Below, piece by piece: positions 1 through 8,673 of a DNA stretch of 64,000 bases. The stretch covers positions 128,001 through 192,000 of the forward strand of contig JAVJSW010000060.1 of assembly GCA_040219255.1 (NCBI GenBank), written 5' to 3'. The notes under the pieces are model-generated. The model was not told where the DNA came from. It saw only the letters and a program-made list of their open reading frames with translations, and made no database searches. Within the stretch, counting starts at the first letter, position 1, and every line of letters begins with the position of its first letter. A program made the position numbers and the translations under genes. This DNA comes from Sumerlaeia bacterium. Lineage in GTDB: Bacteria; Sumerlaeota; Sumerlaeia; SLMS01; JAHLLQ01.

Positions 1-1
1 A

Positions 2-877
2 TTCGGTCAGTACTTCCCGCTCCAGCTCGCTCAGGTCCGACAGCGGCGACGCGATCAGCACTGCGGCGGCGTCTTCGGGAACGCGGTTCATGCCCCCCAG
101 GTTCACCGTTTTCACGGGCATGATGCGCTCGTTCAAGATGCCCAGAAACGCCGACCAGCTCGTATCCGGCTCGCCCTGGGCCCGATCCATGTCGGGCTCG
201 GGAGCGCGCTCGCCGTGGCCCTGAGTCATGTAAATCACCTGATCGCGGCCATAGAGAACGGTCAGCAGGGCGTTCGAGAGGAAGTACTCGCGCCGCGGAT
301 TGGCGGGATCGAGCACGAAGCGGTGGCGGCGCTGCTGATTGCCGTCGGCGTCGTATGTCGTGACAAAGGCCTCGCGGGGCTGGATGTTCTCGCCAAAGGC
401 CTGGGCGTCGAGGCGATCGCGGGATGGGTCGAAAATCTCGAACTGGACATGCTCCGACTGATCGGCGTACTGTTCCAGAAACTCGCGCAGGAAACGCTGG
501 TTCGCAATGTCGGCGAAGGCCGCGATCCGCACCGGCGACTCGATACGCGCCAGCAGCGCCCCCGTCTGGGGCGAAAGGCTGTGGAGCTGGTGCTCGGTGA
601 TGTCGAAGGTCCGATTGTGGTTCGCCGCGATCAGGTACACGAAGATCGCCGACAGCGCCACAAAGAGGCTGTAGGCGAAGCTGAGCACCGATTCCTTCAC
701 CGCGCCCCGGCCGGGCTGCAGCAGTCCCACCACGACAATCCCCACGGCGGAAACCCCCATGCCCAGCAGCCACGGCGGAAACCCGCCCATGGCCGCGCCC
801 CAGATCAGCACACCCAGCAGCAGCAGCACACCCACCGCAGGCAGCAACAACGCCCGGATCATCCCGCCACCCCTCAT
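2..877 (-). CDS. GldG-like ABC transporter auxiliary membrane protein (partial, runs off the window start)
   Basis: Not in the ORF track; translated by hand from an ATG at 877 overlapping the permease stop (ATGA). MRGGGMIRALLLPAVG..., three hydrophobic segments, then NHNRTFDITEHQLHSLSPQT, matching the GldG-type D(L/I)T....(S/T)LS..T motif. Third gene of a GldA/F-like operon. Confidence 0.75.
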   Translation of the reverse strand, partial: MRGGGMIRALLLPAVGVLLLLGVLIWGAAMGGFPPWLLGMGVSAVGIVVVGLLQPGRGAVKESVLSFAYSLFVALSAIFVYLIAANHNRTFDITEHQLHSLSPQTGALLARIESPVRIAAFADIANQRFLREFLEQYADQSEHVQFEIFDPSRDRLDAQAFGENIQPREAFVTTYDADGNQQRRHRFVLDPANPRREYFLSNALLTVLYGRDQVIYMTQGHGERAPEPDMDRAQGEPDTSWSAFLGILNERIMPVKTVNLGGMNRVPEDAAAVLIASPLSDLSELEREVLTE

Positions 878-1650
878 GACCGCCACCTCAGCGATTCCAC
901 CTGGCGCACCGCCAGAAACAGGCAGAGCCCGGAAAACAGCAGGAACCACGCGACGCTGGCGGATTGAATCTGGCCCTCGATGAAGCCCTCGACGTGGTGC
1001 AGCAGGGTCAGGTGCTCGGCCAGGCGGACCAGTTCCGCCGTCGGCAGCGAGCGCGCCAACTGAGACAAAATCAACAACCCGAAGAGCGTCGTGTAAGTCA
1101 GCACGGCGGCGATGACCTGCGATTCCGTCAGCGCCGAATAGAACAGTCCCAACGCCACATACGCGCACGCCGCCAGCACCAGTGCCGTGTAGCAGCTGAT
1201 CACCACCGGCCATTCCGGGTCGCTGAGGTACGACGCGAACAGCGGCATCGCCAGCGTCGCCAGCAGGTACGTTCCGAGCACCGTCAGGTACGCGATGAAT
1301 TTGCCCAGAACAATGCTCCATTCGCCCACCGGCGTCGTGGTCAGCAGCGAGAGCGTGCCCTGGCGGCGCTCTTCGGCGAAGGACCGCATCGTCAACAGCG
1401 GGATCTGCACGAGGAGGAAAAAGTGAATGACGGCGAAGAGCTGCTCGATGACTTCAATGGTGATGTTGCCGCTCAGATCCTCGGCGGTACGCATCGGCCC
1501 CATGCGGGCGAAATCGAACAGCAGCGCCACGAAAATCGTCGAGGCGGCCAGGAAAAACACGCCGGTGCTGACCCAATACAGGGGCGTCGTGAAGAGCGAG
1601 CGCAATTCACGCCCGGCGATCAGGCCCGTTTGACGAAGCGAGAGACTCAT
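874..1650 (-). CDS. ABC-2 type transporter permease (GldF-like)
   Basis: About 6 TM helices; motif PLLTMRSFAEERRQGTLSLLTTTPV...IVLGKF; overlaps the ATPase gene. Confidence 0.9.
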   Translation of the reverse strand: MSLSLRQTGLIAGRELRSLFTTPLYWVSTGVFFLAASTIFVALLFDFARMGPMRTAEDLSGNITIEVIEQLFAVIHFFLLVQIPLLTMRSFAEERRQGTLSLLTTTPVGEWSIVLGKFIAYLTVLGTYLLATLAMPLFASYLSDPEWPVVISCYTALVLAACAYVALGLFYSALTESQVIAAVLTYTTLFGLLILSQLARSLPTAELVRLAEHLTLLHHVEGFIEGQIQSASVAWFLLFSGLCLFLAVRQVESLRWRS

Positions 1651-2600
1651 GATCCGAGCGACGCCTCCCTTGACGTCAGCTTGAGGAACACGTCCTCCAG
1701 GCTCGGAGTCGTCTCCGACAGCTCCAGCAAATCGACTCCGCCCTCGACGAAGGCTCGCGCGATGGCGGGCCGCATTTCTTCGGCGTCCTCCACCGGCGCG
1801 AGGCGCAGATGGCTTATTCCATCGGTGGTGGTGGAATCCTTGATCTTCAGCAACTCGTTTTGAATCAGCGGCTCGAGGACGTCCTTCCCTCGCTTCCCGG
1901 AGCCCCGGAAGGCCACCGTGATCGTGCGGCCTCCGGCGGACCCGGCGACTTCGTCAAAGGTGCCCTGCGCCGCGATTCGCCCGCGATCGAGCACCGCCAC
2001 CCGTGTGCAGGTCATGGCCACCTCGGGCAGAATATGGGTCGAGAGAATAACCGTTCGCTGGCCCTTCATGGCGGCGATCAGTTGGCGGATTTCGCTGATC
2101 TGGCTCGGGTCCAGGCCGACTGTCGGTTCGTCGAGAATCAGCACCTTGGGATCGCCCAGGAGCGCCTGAGCGAGACCGACCCGCTGGCGCTGGCCCTTCG
2201 AGAGGTTCTGGATCAGGCGGTTGGCTTTTTTGTCGAGGTTCACCTCGCGAAGCGCCTTGTCCACCTCGCGCTTCACGGACTTGGCGGGAATATGCTTCAT
2301 GCCGGCCATGAAGCGCAGGTAGCTCTGCACCGTCATTTCCGGGTACAGAGGCGCTTCCTCGGGCAGGTAGCCGAGCAGTTCGCGAACCGCCAGGGAATCG
2401 CGCACCACGTCGTGGCCGCCGATGGCCGCGGTGCCTTGGGTGGGGCGGCACTGACCCGTCAGGATGCGCATCGTGGTCGTCTTCCCGGCGCCGTTGGGGC
2501 CGAGGAATCCGAGGATTTCGCCTTCCGGGACATCGAACGTGACGCCCTCGAGGCAGCGCGTTTGACCATAGATTTTCGTGAGCGCGTGGGCCTGGATCAT
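1647..2600 (-). CDS. ABC transporter ATP-binding protein (GldA-like)
   Basis: Walker A GPNGAGKTT, signature LSKGQRQR, Walker B LILDEP, H-loop STH. Confidence 0.95.
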   Translation of the reverse strand: MIQAHALTKIYGQTRCLEGVTFDVPEGEILGFLGPNGAGKTTTMRILTGQCRPTQGTAAIGGHDVVRDSLAVRELLGYLPEEAPLYPEMTVQSYLRFMAGMKHIPAKSVKREVDKALREVNLDKKANRLIQNLSKGQRQRVGLAQALLGDPKVLILDEPTVGLDPSQISEIRQLIAAMKGQRTVILSTHILPEVAMTCTRVAVLDRGRIAAQGTFDEVAGSAGGRTITVAFRGSGKRGKDVLEPLIQNELLKIKDSTTTDGISHLRLAPVEDAEEMRPAIARAFVEGGVDLLELSETTPSLEDVFLKLTSREASLGS

Positions 2601-3472
2601 CGGTCCTCGGGCAAACGTTGAATCACGGCGGCCACCAGGCGGCAGAACGTCTCGCCCACGGCACGGCCTGTTTCCATCACCTCGTCGTGCGTCGTCACCG
2701 CGTCCGTGCGCAGTACCAGAGTGTTGGTGATGACGGAAATGCCCAGCACCTTCGCCCCGGCATGGGTCGCGACCAATTGCTCGGGCACGGTGGACATGCC
2801 GACGGCGTCGGCGAACTGGCGCAGCATCCCCACTTCGGCCTGGGTCTCATAAGTCGGACCCATGTTGGCGACGTAGGTGCCCTGGCGCAGGGCGATGCCC
2901 AACTCAACCGCGATTTCGCGGGTCAGAGCCATGAGATCACGGTCGTAGGGGGCGCTCATGTCGGGAAAGCGCGGCCCCAGAAAATCCAGATTCGCCCCCA
3001 TTAGCGGGTTGCGATACTGGTTGTTGATGTGATCGTCGATCAGCATCAGGTCGCCGGGGCGGAACTGGCGGTTGAGCGCCCCCGCCGCGTTGCTCAGGAT
3101 GACCGTCTTGACGCCCGCCAGCAGCAGCGCCCGCAGGGGCAGCGTCGCCTCGCGCACGTCCACCCCTTCATAGAGGTGCTTGCGGCCGCTCATCACCAGG
3201 ACGGGTTTGCCGCCCACCGTGCCCCAAACCAGCTTGCCGGCGTGGCCGACGACGGTGCTGACGGGAAAGTGCTTGAACTGGTCGTAGGAGGCGCTCTGTG
3301 CGTCGAGAACCGATTCGGCAAACGCGCCGAGGCCGCTGCCAGCGACAACGAGGACCTTGGGAATGTCGCGCCCCAGGCGGGCTTTCACGCTCGCGGCGGC
3401 TTCCTCCAGGAGGCGCTTGTACTCCGCCGGATCGTCGAGCAATTCGGTCGTGGTGGCCGGTTGGGTTGTCAT
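2597..3472 (-). CDS. punA: Purine nucleoside phosphorylase (trimeric, inosine/guanosine type)
   Basis: GSGLG, STVVGHAG, GRKHLYEG, NAAG, GPTYET, VGMSTVPE motifs. Confidence 0.93.
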   Translation of the reverse strand: MTTQPATTTELLDDPAEYKRLLEEAAASVKARLGRDIPKVLVVAGSGLGAFAESVLDAQSASYDQFKHFPVSTVVGHAGKLVWGTVGGKPVLVMSGRKHLYEGVDVREATLPLRALLLAGVKTVILSNAAGALNRQFRPGDLMLIDDHINNQYRNPLMGANLDFLGPRFPDMSAPYDRDLMALTREIAVELGIALRQGTYVANMGPTYETQAEVGMLRQFADAVGMSTVPEQLVATHAGAKVLGISVITNTLVLRTDAVTTHDEVMETGRAVGETFCRLVAAVIQRLPEDR

Positions 3473-4224
3473 GATTGACTGTTCTCTTTCAGCCGGCGCC
3501 GGACGCGCCAGAGCGTCGCGAACCCCTTGAAGATTTCTTTGTGCGAGATTTTCGACTGCCCGGCCCGGCGGTCAAGGAAGACAATGGGAATTTCCCGGAT
3601 TTTGGCGCCCCGCCGCTGGCAGACTGTCAGCAATTCCATCAGGCACGAATACCCATCGCTGCGGATCGCGTCGAGGTCGATGCTTTCCAGTAACTCCCGC
3701 CGGTAACAGCGATAGCCGCTGGTGCAGTCGCGGGCGCGAAGCCCCGCAAGGCTCCTCGCCAGAAAGTTCGCGCCGGAGCTGAGCACGTGCCGGTGCGGGC
3801 CCCAGTTCTCGATGCCGCCCCCGGCTACATAGCGCGATCCAATCACCACATCCGCGACCATCGCCATGTGGAGAATCTCCGGCAAATGGGCGGGGTCGTG
3901 GGAGAGGTCCGCGTCCATCGTCAGAATCGCGTCGTACGCGTCCCCGCCCTCGCGCGCCAGGGCCCAACGAAAGGCGTCGATGTAGGCCGTGCCGAGGCCC
4001 AGCTTGCCCGGGCGCTCGATCAGGTGAACGCGGCCCGGGTGCTTTTCCGCCTGGGCGCGGACGCGGTCCGCGGTGCCGTCGCGGGAATTGTCGTCCACCA
4101 CGAGAACGTGCAACGCGTCGCCCTGGGCCAGGATGCCCTCGATCAGGGGATCGACGTTGTCCGCTTCGTTGTAGGTGGGGGCGATGGCGAGAGCGCGCAG
4201 CGTGGGCGCGGGGGCGGCGGGCAT
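3469..4224 (-). CDS. Polyprenol-monophosphomannose synthase (GT2, DPM1/Ppm1-like)
   Basis: PTYNE, VVDDNSRDGT, KLGLGTAY, MDADLSHDP, GSRYV.GG, DCTSGYR, DRRAGQSK. Confidence 0.9.
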   Translation of the reverse strand: MPAAPAPTLRALAIAPTYNEADNVDPLIEGILAQGDALHVLVVDDNSRDGTADRVRAQAEKHPGRVHLIERPGKLGLGTAYIDAFRWALAREGGDAYDAILTMDADLSHDPAHLPEILHMAMVADVVIGSRYVAGGGIENWGPHRHVLSSGANFLARSLAGLRARDCTSGYRCYRRELLESIDLDAIRSDGYSCLMELLTVCQRRGAKIREIPIVFLDRRAGQSKISHKEIFKGFATLWRVRRRLKENSQS

Positions 4225-4258
4225 GGGCGTTGGGAAAGGTGGAGGCTCGGAGCGAGCC

Positions 4259-4693
4259 TTACTTCTCCTTGGTCCAGCTGGTCACGTCGTCTTCGGTGCC
4301 TTCCTGGCCGTCGGGACCGCTGCTCCAGATGTCGTAGTCTTTGCTGTGCTCGCCCGGCGAGCGGTAGTTGTAGACCGCGCCCCAGGGATCCTTGGGCGTC
4401 ACATCGGTGTCGAGGTAGGGGCCGTCCCATTGGTCATCCGGCAAGCCGCTGGGTTCTTCGATCAGGGCCTCGATGCCTTCGCTGGTGTTGGGAAAGCGGC
4501 CGACGTGCATTTCAAACTGGGCCAGGCCGACCTTGATATTGCGGATGTCGGCTTTGGCGGTGCCTTTGCGGGCCTCGGTGGATTTACCGGCGAGGCGCGG
4601 GCCCACGATGGCCAGCAGCACCCCGATGATCACGACGACGAACATGATCTCCAGGAAGGTGAAGCCTCGTTGGCGGTTGCGGCGAATAGTCAT
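4259..4693 (-). CDS. gspG: Type II secretion major pseudopilin GspG
   Basis: Prepilin site RG|FTFLEIMFVVVIIG; WDGPYL...PKDPWG..Y.YRSPG...YDIWSSGPDGQEGTEDD. Start placed at ATG 4693 rather than 4864. Confidence 0.92.
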   Translation of the reverse strand: MTIRRNRQRGFTFLEIMFVVVIIGVLLAIVGPRLAGKSTEARKGTAKADIRNIKVGLAQFEMHVGRFPNTSEGIEALIEEPSGLPDDQWDGPYLDTDVTPKDPWGAVYNYRSPGEHSKDYDIWSSGPDGQEGTEDDVTSWTKEK

Positions 4694-4805
4694 GGCGAAA
4701 GGAAGCCTCCTCGAATACTTGGGCGCACAGTAGATGGGACGCGAGAGCGGGCGCAATCGTTTGGCCGCCGGCTCGGTTTTTTCCGTGGCCTGAGAAATCA
4801 GTAAG

Positions 4806-4822
4806 GGCAAAACCCAGGCCAA
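4806..4822 (-). promoter_or_regulatory. Candidate sigma54 (-24/-12) promoter for gspG
   Basis: Minus strand TTGGCCTGGGTTTTGCC = GG-N10-GC, close to TGGCAC-N5-TTGC, about 113 nt upstream of the gspG ATG. Confidence 0.45.
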
Positions 4823-4922
4823 CCGCGCGCATGCGAGTTGGCGCCCGCCAAGCCCCGGGCGCAACGCGTTTCGGGCGGGAGGCTCCGGAGAGCGGGAATC
4901 CCCTCTTCGTGCCTCCCCCTCA

Positions 4923-5657
4923 CTACCCCCGGATGACCATGGTGTTGGCGAACACGTCGCCCATGCGCTGGGGTTGCTGCATTTGAAAGGCCAATATCAA
5001 GGGCATGAAGGGGATCAGCAGCACCAGGTTTCGCTTGATGGATTGCTGAAATCCGATCGGCTGCCAGGACGTCGCATCCACCGTTTGCAGACTCATCATC
5101 GCTTTGCCGGGGCTGCGGCCGCTGAACAATCCGTCCTTGCCGAGAAAGACGAGCGTCCCCACGAGGCTGATCAGTCCGGCCAGCAGGAGGATGAGCGACC
5201 CGCCGAGAGTCTCCGCCGCCCCCTGCTCCATCCCCGCCTCGATCATCACGTTGATGAGGAGGCCGAGGGTGCAGAAAACGGCGACGAACAGGATCGCGAG
5301 GGCGATCTGGAGAAGGAACTGATCGACGATGTAGGCCACCGCGCGGGGCACGAGCAGATCGGTGTTGTCGGGCCGGATCCAGCCCTGCGGCTGGGTCGCC
5401 TGGGGCGCCGCGCCATAGCCGCCGAAACCCGCCGCGACAGGCGCAGCCGCCGGGGGAGTGGGGGAGCCGTGAATGGCGGACACTTCGGGGAAATGCACCC
5501 CGAGCAGGTCCCACTGGGGCTGGCCCTCGCGCCAGACGAGCATGTCGCTCGTGGCCTGGCGCGCCGCGATCATCTCGCGCACACGCGCCGAATCATAGGG
5601 GCCATACTTGTCCTGGGACCCGGGACGGGCAAGAAACCAACCGGATTCGGAAGTCAT
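4923..5657 (-). CDS. GYF_2 (DUF4339) + RDD family membrane protein
   Basis: N-terminal W.....KYGPY...MLVWREGQPQW; C-terminal RAVAYIVD, two TM helices, GRSPGK, QRMGDVFANT. Confidence 0.85.
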   Translation of the reverse strand: MTSESGWFLARPGSQDKYGPYDSARVREMIAARQATSDMLVWREGQPQWDLLGVHFPEVSAIHGSPTPPAAAPVAAGFGGYGAAPQATQPQGWIRPDNTDLLVPRAVAYIVDQFLLQIALAILFVAVFCTLGLLINVMIEAGMEQGAAETLGGSLILLLAGLISLVGTLVFLGKDGLFSGRSPGKAMMSLQTVDATSWQPIGFQQSIKRNLVLLIPFMPLILAFQMQQPQRMGDVFANTMVIRG

Positions 5658-5687
5658 GGAAAGGGACGCTTTCTTATTGGGGAAAAA

Positions 5688-5715
5688 TCACCACAGAGTC
5701 ACAGAGGACACCGAG
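5688..5715 (+). repeat. ~9-nt-period intergenic repeat (CACAGAG type), left arm next to the nuclease gene
   Basis: TCACCACAGAGTCACAGAGGACACCGAG; degenerate inverted partner at 7119-7150. Confidence 0.55.
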
Positions 5716-7093
5716 ATGTATTCTCAAGAACTATAGCTGCTCTGATGGCGTCAAAGTCTTTCGGTGAGAGGGTGCGCCTGTCCCATACAGGGTGCGCTTG
5801 ACCCGCTCCTACAATCCCTTCGCTGTCGAAAATCGAAATGCCGTTTCGATCCACAACCAGACAAATACACGCATCTTTCAATGAAAACTTGTTTCTGTCC
5901 GTCTGCGTTTCGTTGTAGGTGAAGGCGTCCGAAAGAGTATACTTAGCCACTTGGCCGGGGAGGTCGCCTTCGAGAGCCACATCCAGCTTGGCCTCGACGG
6001 GAAACCACGTCCCACCGATCATGACAGCATAATCCGATCGACCCTGCGATATGTCATCTTTCCAACAGGTAACCTCCCGATAGGTTTTGCTTCCTGGATC
6101 TTTGATTTCGTTGAGAAGATGGTCAATAAAAATGTCCCGGACCTGGCTTTCGAAGAGGCAACGGCGCGTGACGTTGCGGCCTTTATCGAGCCAGTTTTCC
6201 ACAGTGATGTCGCGAATCCCTTCTGTGTGCCCCACCGCGTTGGCCAAGTAATCTGGAGCTTCCGGGTTATGCAGTAGGATCAAATCGCGGAGGGTATTGA
6301 AGGTTGGACCGTCAACTAATTCGGGCTGACGCGCATCCGTTCGAAGGCGATGTTTGATGGCGTCGTGGGGTATTGGCTTCTCGAAAAGATAAAAATCCGT
6401 GAATTCGGAGTAGTATGGGCTATGCCAATGGTTCTCGGAGCCTTCCCTGGAAATGTACTCAATGCTTCCCTCAAGACGCGCACAGGCAAAAATGCAACCA
6501 CCGACTTGTTCAAGGCAATGAAGCTCGTTGTCGATGACAATAGCGAAATCGGTAGCGAAACACCCGTAGTCTTCACCCACTGATTTGACGAGCCGCTTTG
6601 CCTTCTGCTTGTTCTTCATGGCGAGCCGAAAAAAGAATATGTCTCCTGCCAAGGCCCAACGTGGTGCTGTCCAGTTCCCCGTCTTGGAACCCTGAAGCTG
6701 GCGCCGCACGGTGGTTCCATCGTCTTCCAATTCAACCATCGCCCCACGAAGCAACCATTGCGTGTTTGTTTCCCAGTATCCGTCTTCCCGCACCTTTGAT
6801 TCAACCATCTCATAAAACGTATCGGCGGTTGATGGAAAACCGGATTGGACCATGATTCCCCGCGTGGGGATGGGGGTCTTGGTCCATGCTTCAGGAATCT
6901 CCCCACTGCCCATGGGAGGATGGGAGGGCGCTGGCCCCAAACTCAGACTTCGATATTCCGCTCTCGATTCATAAAGGACGCGGAAATCCTCGAGGACTTG
7001 TCTCTTTGCTTCCGGACTCAAATCATCCGGCAAACTCGCCAAAAAGGCATCCGCCTCCTCAGTGGGAAGCTTGGGAATTTCCTGCTTGTCCAT
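5699..7093 (-). CDS. Putative restriction-type nuclease: possible EVE/PUA-like domain plus C-terminal PD-(D/E)XK domain
   Basis: FESQVR...IDHLL...EV...GRSDY...PVEAK...GQVAKY fits E..D..ExK..QxxxY; NWTAPRWALAGDIFFF resembles PUA-superfamily readers; visibly AT-richer than neighbours. Confidence 0.6.
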   Translation of the reverse strand: MDKQEIPKLPTEEADAFLASLPDDLSPEAKRQVLEDFRVLYESRAEYRSLSLGPAPSHPPMGSGEIPEAWTKTPIPTRGIMVQSGFPSTADTFYEMVESKVREDGYWETNTQWLLRGAMVELEDDGTTVRRQLQGSKTGNWTAPRWALAGDIFFFRLAMKNKQKAKRLVKSVGEDYGCFATDFAIVIDNELHCLEQVGGCIFACARLEGSIEYISREGSENHWHSPYYSEFTDFYLFEKPIPHDAIKHRLRTDARQPELVDGPTFNTLRDLILLHNPEAPDYLANAVGHTEGIRDITVENWLDKGRNVTRRCLFESQVRDIFIDHLLNEIKDPGSKTYREVTCWKDDISQGRSDYAVMIGGTWFPVEAKLDVALEGDLPGQVAKYTLSDAFTYNETQTDRNKFSLKDACICLVVDRNGISIFDSEGIVGAGQAHPVWDRRTLSPKDFDAIRAAIVLENTSRCPL

Positions 7094-7118
7094 AGTACAA
7101 GCTCATCCGAAATAAATT

Positions 7119-7150
7119 CCTCAGCGCTCTCCGCGCCTCAGCGGTGAATT
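7119..7150 (-). repeat. ~9-nt-period intergenic repeat, right arm
   Basis: Reverse complement AATTCACCGCTGAGGCGCGGAGAGCGCTGAGG is 29/32 identical to 11114-11145. Confidence 0.75.
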
Positions 7151-7154
7151 CCCA

Positions 7155-8453
7155 CTAAACCGTCAGACCGCATCGTGCGAAGATTGCCGGGATTTCTATC
7201 AGGTATTCGTCGATCGTAAACCAATCGGAAAGTTGAGTGCGCGAGAACCGGCCCGACACCGCCTCTTCCTTCAGCAACTCGTCCAGGAACGGGTCGCCGT
7301 CGTGCCAGGTGCGCATGGCGGCGGCTTGCACGGCGGCGTAGGCGTCTTCGCGGGAAACGCCGGATTCGACGAGGCGCAGGAGGACTTTCTGGCTGAAGAT
7401 CAAGCCCCGCGTGACGTTCAGGTTCGCCGCCATGCGGGCCTTGTTGACGAGAAGGCCCTCGAGGACGAAGGACAGCTTGCGCAGCCCGTAGTCCGCCGCG
7501 AGGCAGCTATCGGGCAGGATGACGCGCTCGACGCTGCTGTGGCTGATGTCGCGCTCGCCCCAGAGCGCCACGTTTTCCATGCCCGCCAGCGCGTTCGCCC
7601 GCAGGATGCGCGCGAGGCCGGTGAGGCGCTCGCAGACGATCGGGTTGCGTTTGTGCGGCATGGCGCTGCTGCCCTTCTGGCCTTTGGCAAAGGGCTCTTC
7701 CAGCTCGCGCATTTCCGGCCGTTGCAGGTGGCGGATTTCCGTGGCGATGCGCTCCATGGCGGCGCCCACCAACGCCAGCGCGTTCAGGAACGCGGCGTGG
7801 CGGTCGCGGCCGACGACCTGGGTGGAAGCCTTGTCCACGTTGATGCCGAGGCGTTCGCAGACGGCGCGTTCGTACTCGACGCCATAGTGGGCGCAGGTGC
7901 CCACCGCGCCGCTGATTTTCCCGACGGCCGCTTCGGCGATGGCGCTCTCGACGCGGACGCGGGCCCGCAGCAGCTCCTGATGCCAGGTCAGGGCCTTCAA
8001 CCCAAACGTCGTGGGCTCGGCGTGCATGCCGTGGGTGCGGCCCATCATGGGGGTCATGGCGTGCTCGGTGGCGAGATTCTCCGCCGCCGCGATGGCCCGG
8101 TCCAGATCTTCGAGGATGATCGCCCCGGCGCGCTTGATGCGCAGTCCCTGGGCCGTATCGACGACGTCGCTGCTGGTCAGGCCCATGTGGACGAAGCGGC
8201 TTGCGGGGCCGATCTTCTCGGCGAGCTGCGTGGTGAACGCGATGACGTCGTGGTGGACGGTGGCTTCGATTTCTTCGATGCGGGCCACATCGATCACGGC
8301 GCGTTCGCGGATGGTTTCCACGTCCTCGGCGGGCATGCGTCCGGCGGCGGCGTGGGCTTCGCAGGCGGCGATTTCCACTTCGAGCCAGACCTGGAACTTG
8401 GCCTCTTCGCTCCAAAGGTCGCTCATCGGGGGCACGGAATAACGATCGATCAT
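7155..8453 (-). CDS. purB: Adenylosuccinate lyase
   Basis: MIDRY start, HHDVIAF, HMGLTSSD, GRTHG.HAEPTTFG, GSSAMPHKRNP. Confidence 0.97.
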   Translation of the reverse strand: MIDRYSVPPMSDLWSEEAKFQVWLEVEIAACEAHAAAGRMPAEDVETIRERAVIDVARIEEIEATVHHDVIAFTTQLAEKIGPASRFVHMGLTSSDVVDTAQGLRIKRAGAIILEDLDRAIAAAENLATEHAMTPMMGRTHGMHAEPTTFGLKALTWHQELLRARVRVESAIAEAAVGKISGAVGTCAHYGVEYERAVCERLGINVDKASTQVVGRDRHAAFLNALALVGAAMERIATEIRHLQRPEMRELEEPFAKGQKGSSAMPHKRNPIVCERLTGLARILRANALAGMENVALWGERDISHSSVERVILPDSCLAADYGLRKLSFVLEGLLVNKARMAANLNVTRGLIFSQKVLLRLVESGVSREDAYAAVQAAAMRTWHDGDPFLDELLKEEAVSGRFSRTQLSDWFTIDEYLIEIPAIFARCGLTV

Positions 8454-8673
8454 GGCAGTCGGGGGCACTTTCTCGGGCGGGGGTTGCAAAGTCGCCAAGA
8501 GGGAGGCGCAAGGAAGCGCCGGGCGCAAGGAGGGTTTGCTGCGGAGGCGCGATGGCGGTTCTTAGGTCAAAGCTCGGGATTGCGCGCGGGCGGGGGGATG
8601 GTTTAGGCCTTTTCGTATCAGGCGCGCGCCCCTGTGCCCGCGCCCATTTCGCCCAGAGGTTGAGCACCCGCTT

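Noticed and set aside
761-792. Short direct repeat CCACGGCGGAAACCC..CCAT (about 742-760 and 771-790)
   Set aside because: Two copies inside a membrane-protein CDS; most simply a small internal duplication or chance similarity
2-2600. Bacteroidota-type gliding motility
   Set aside because: GldAFG-like ABC systems are widespread; no other gld, spr or T9SS genes are present
2597-3472. PNP as futalosine hydrolase (MqnB) partner of mqnC
   Set aside because: Motifs are those of ordinary trimeric purine nucleoside phosphorylases, and the gene is not linked to mqnC
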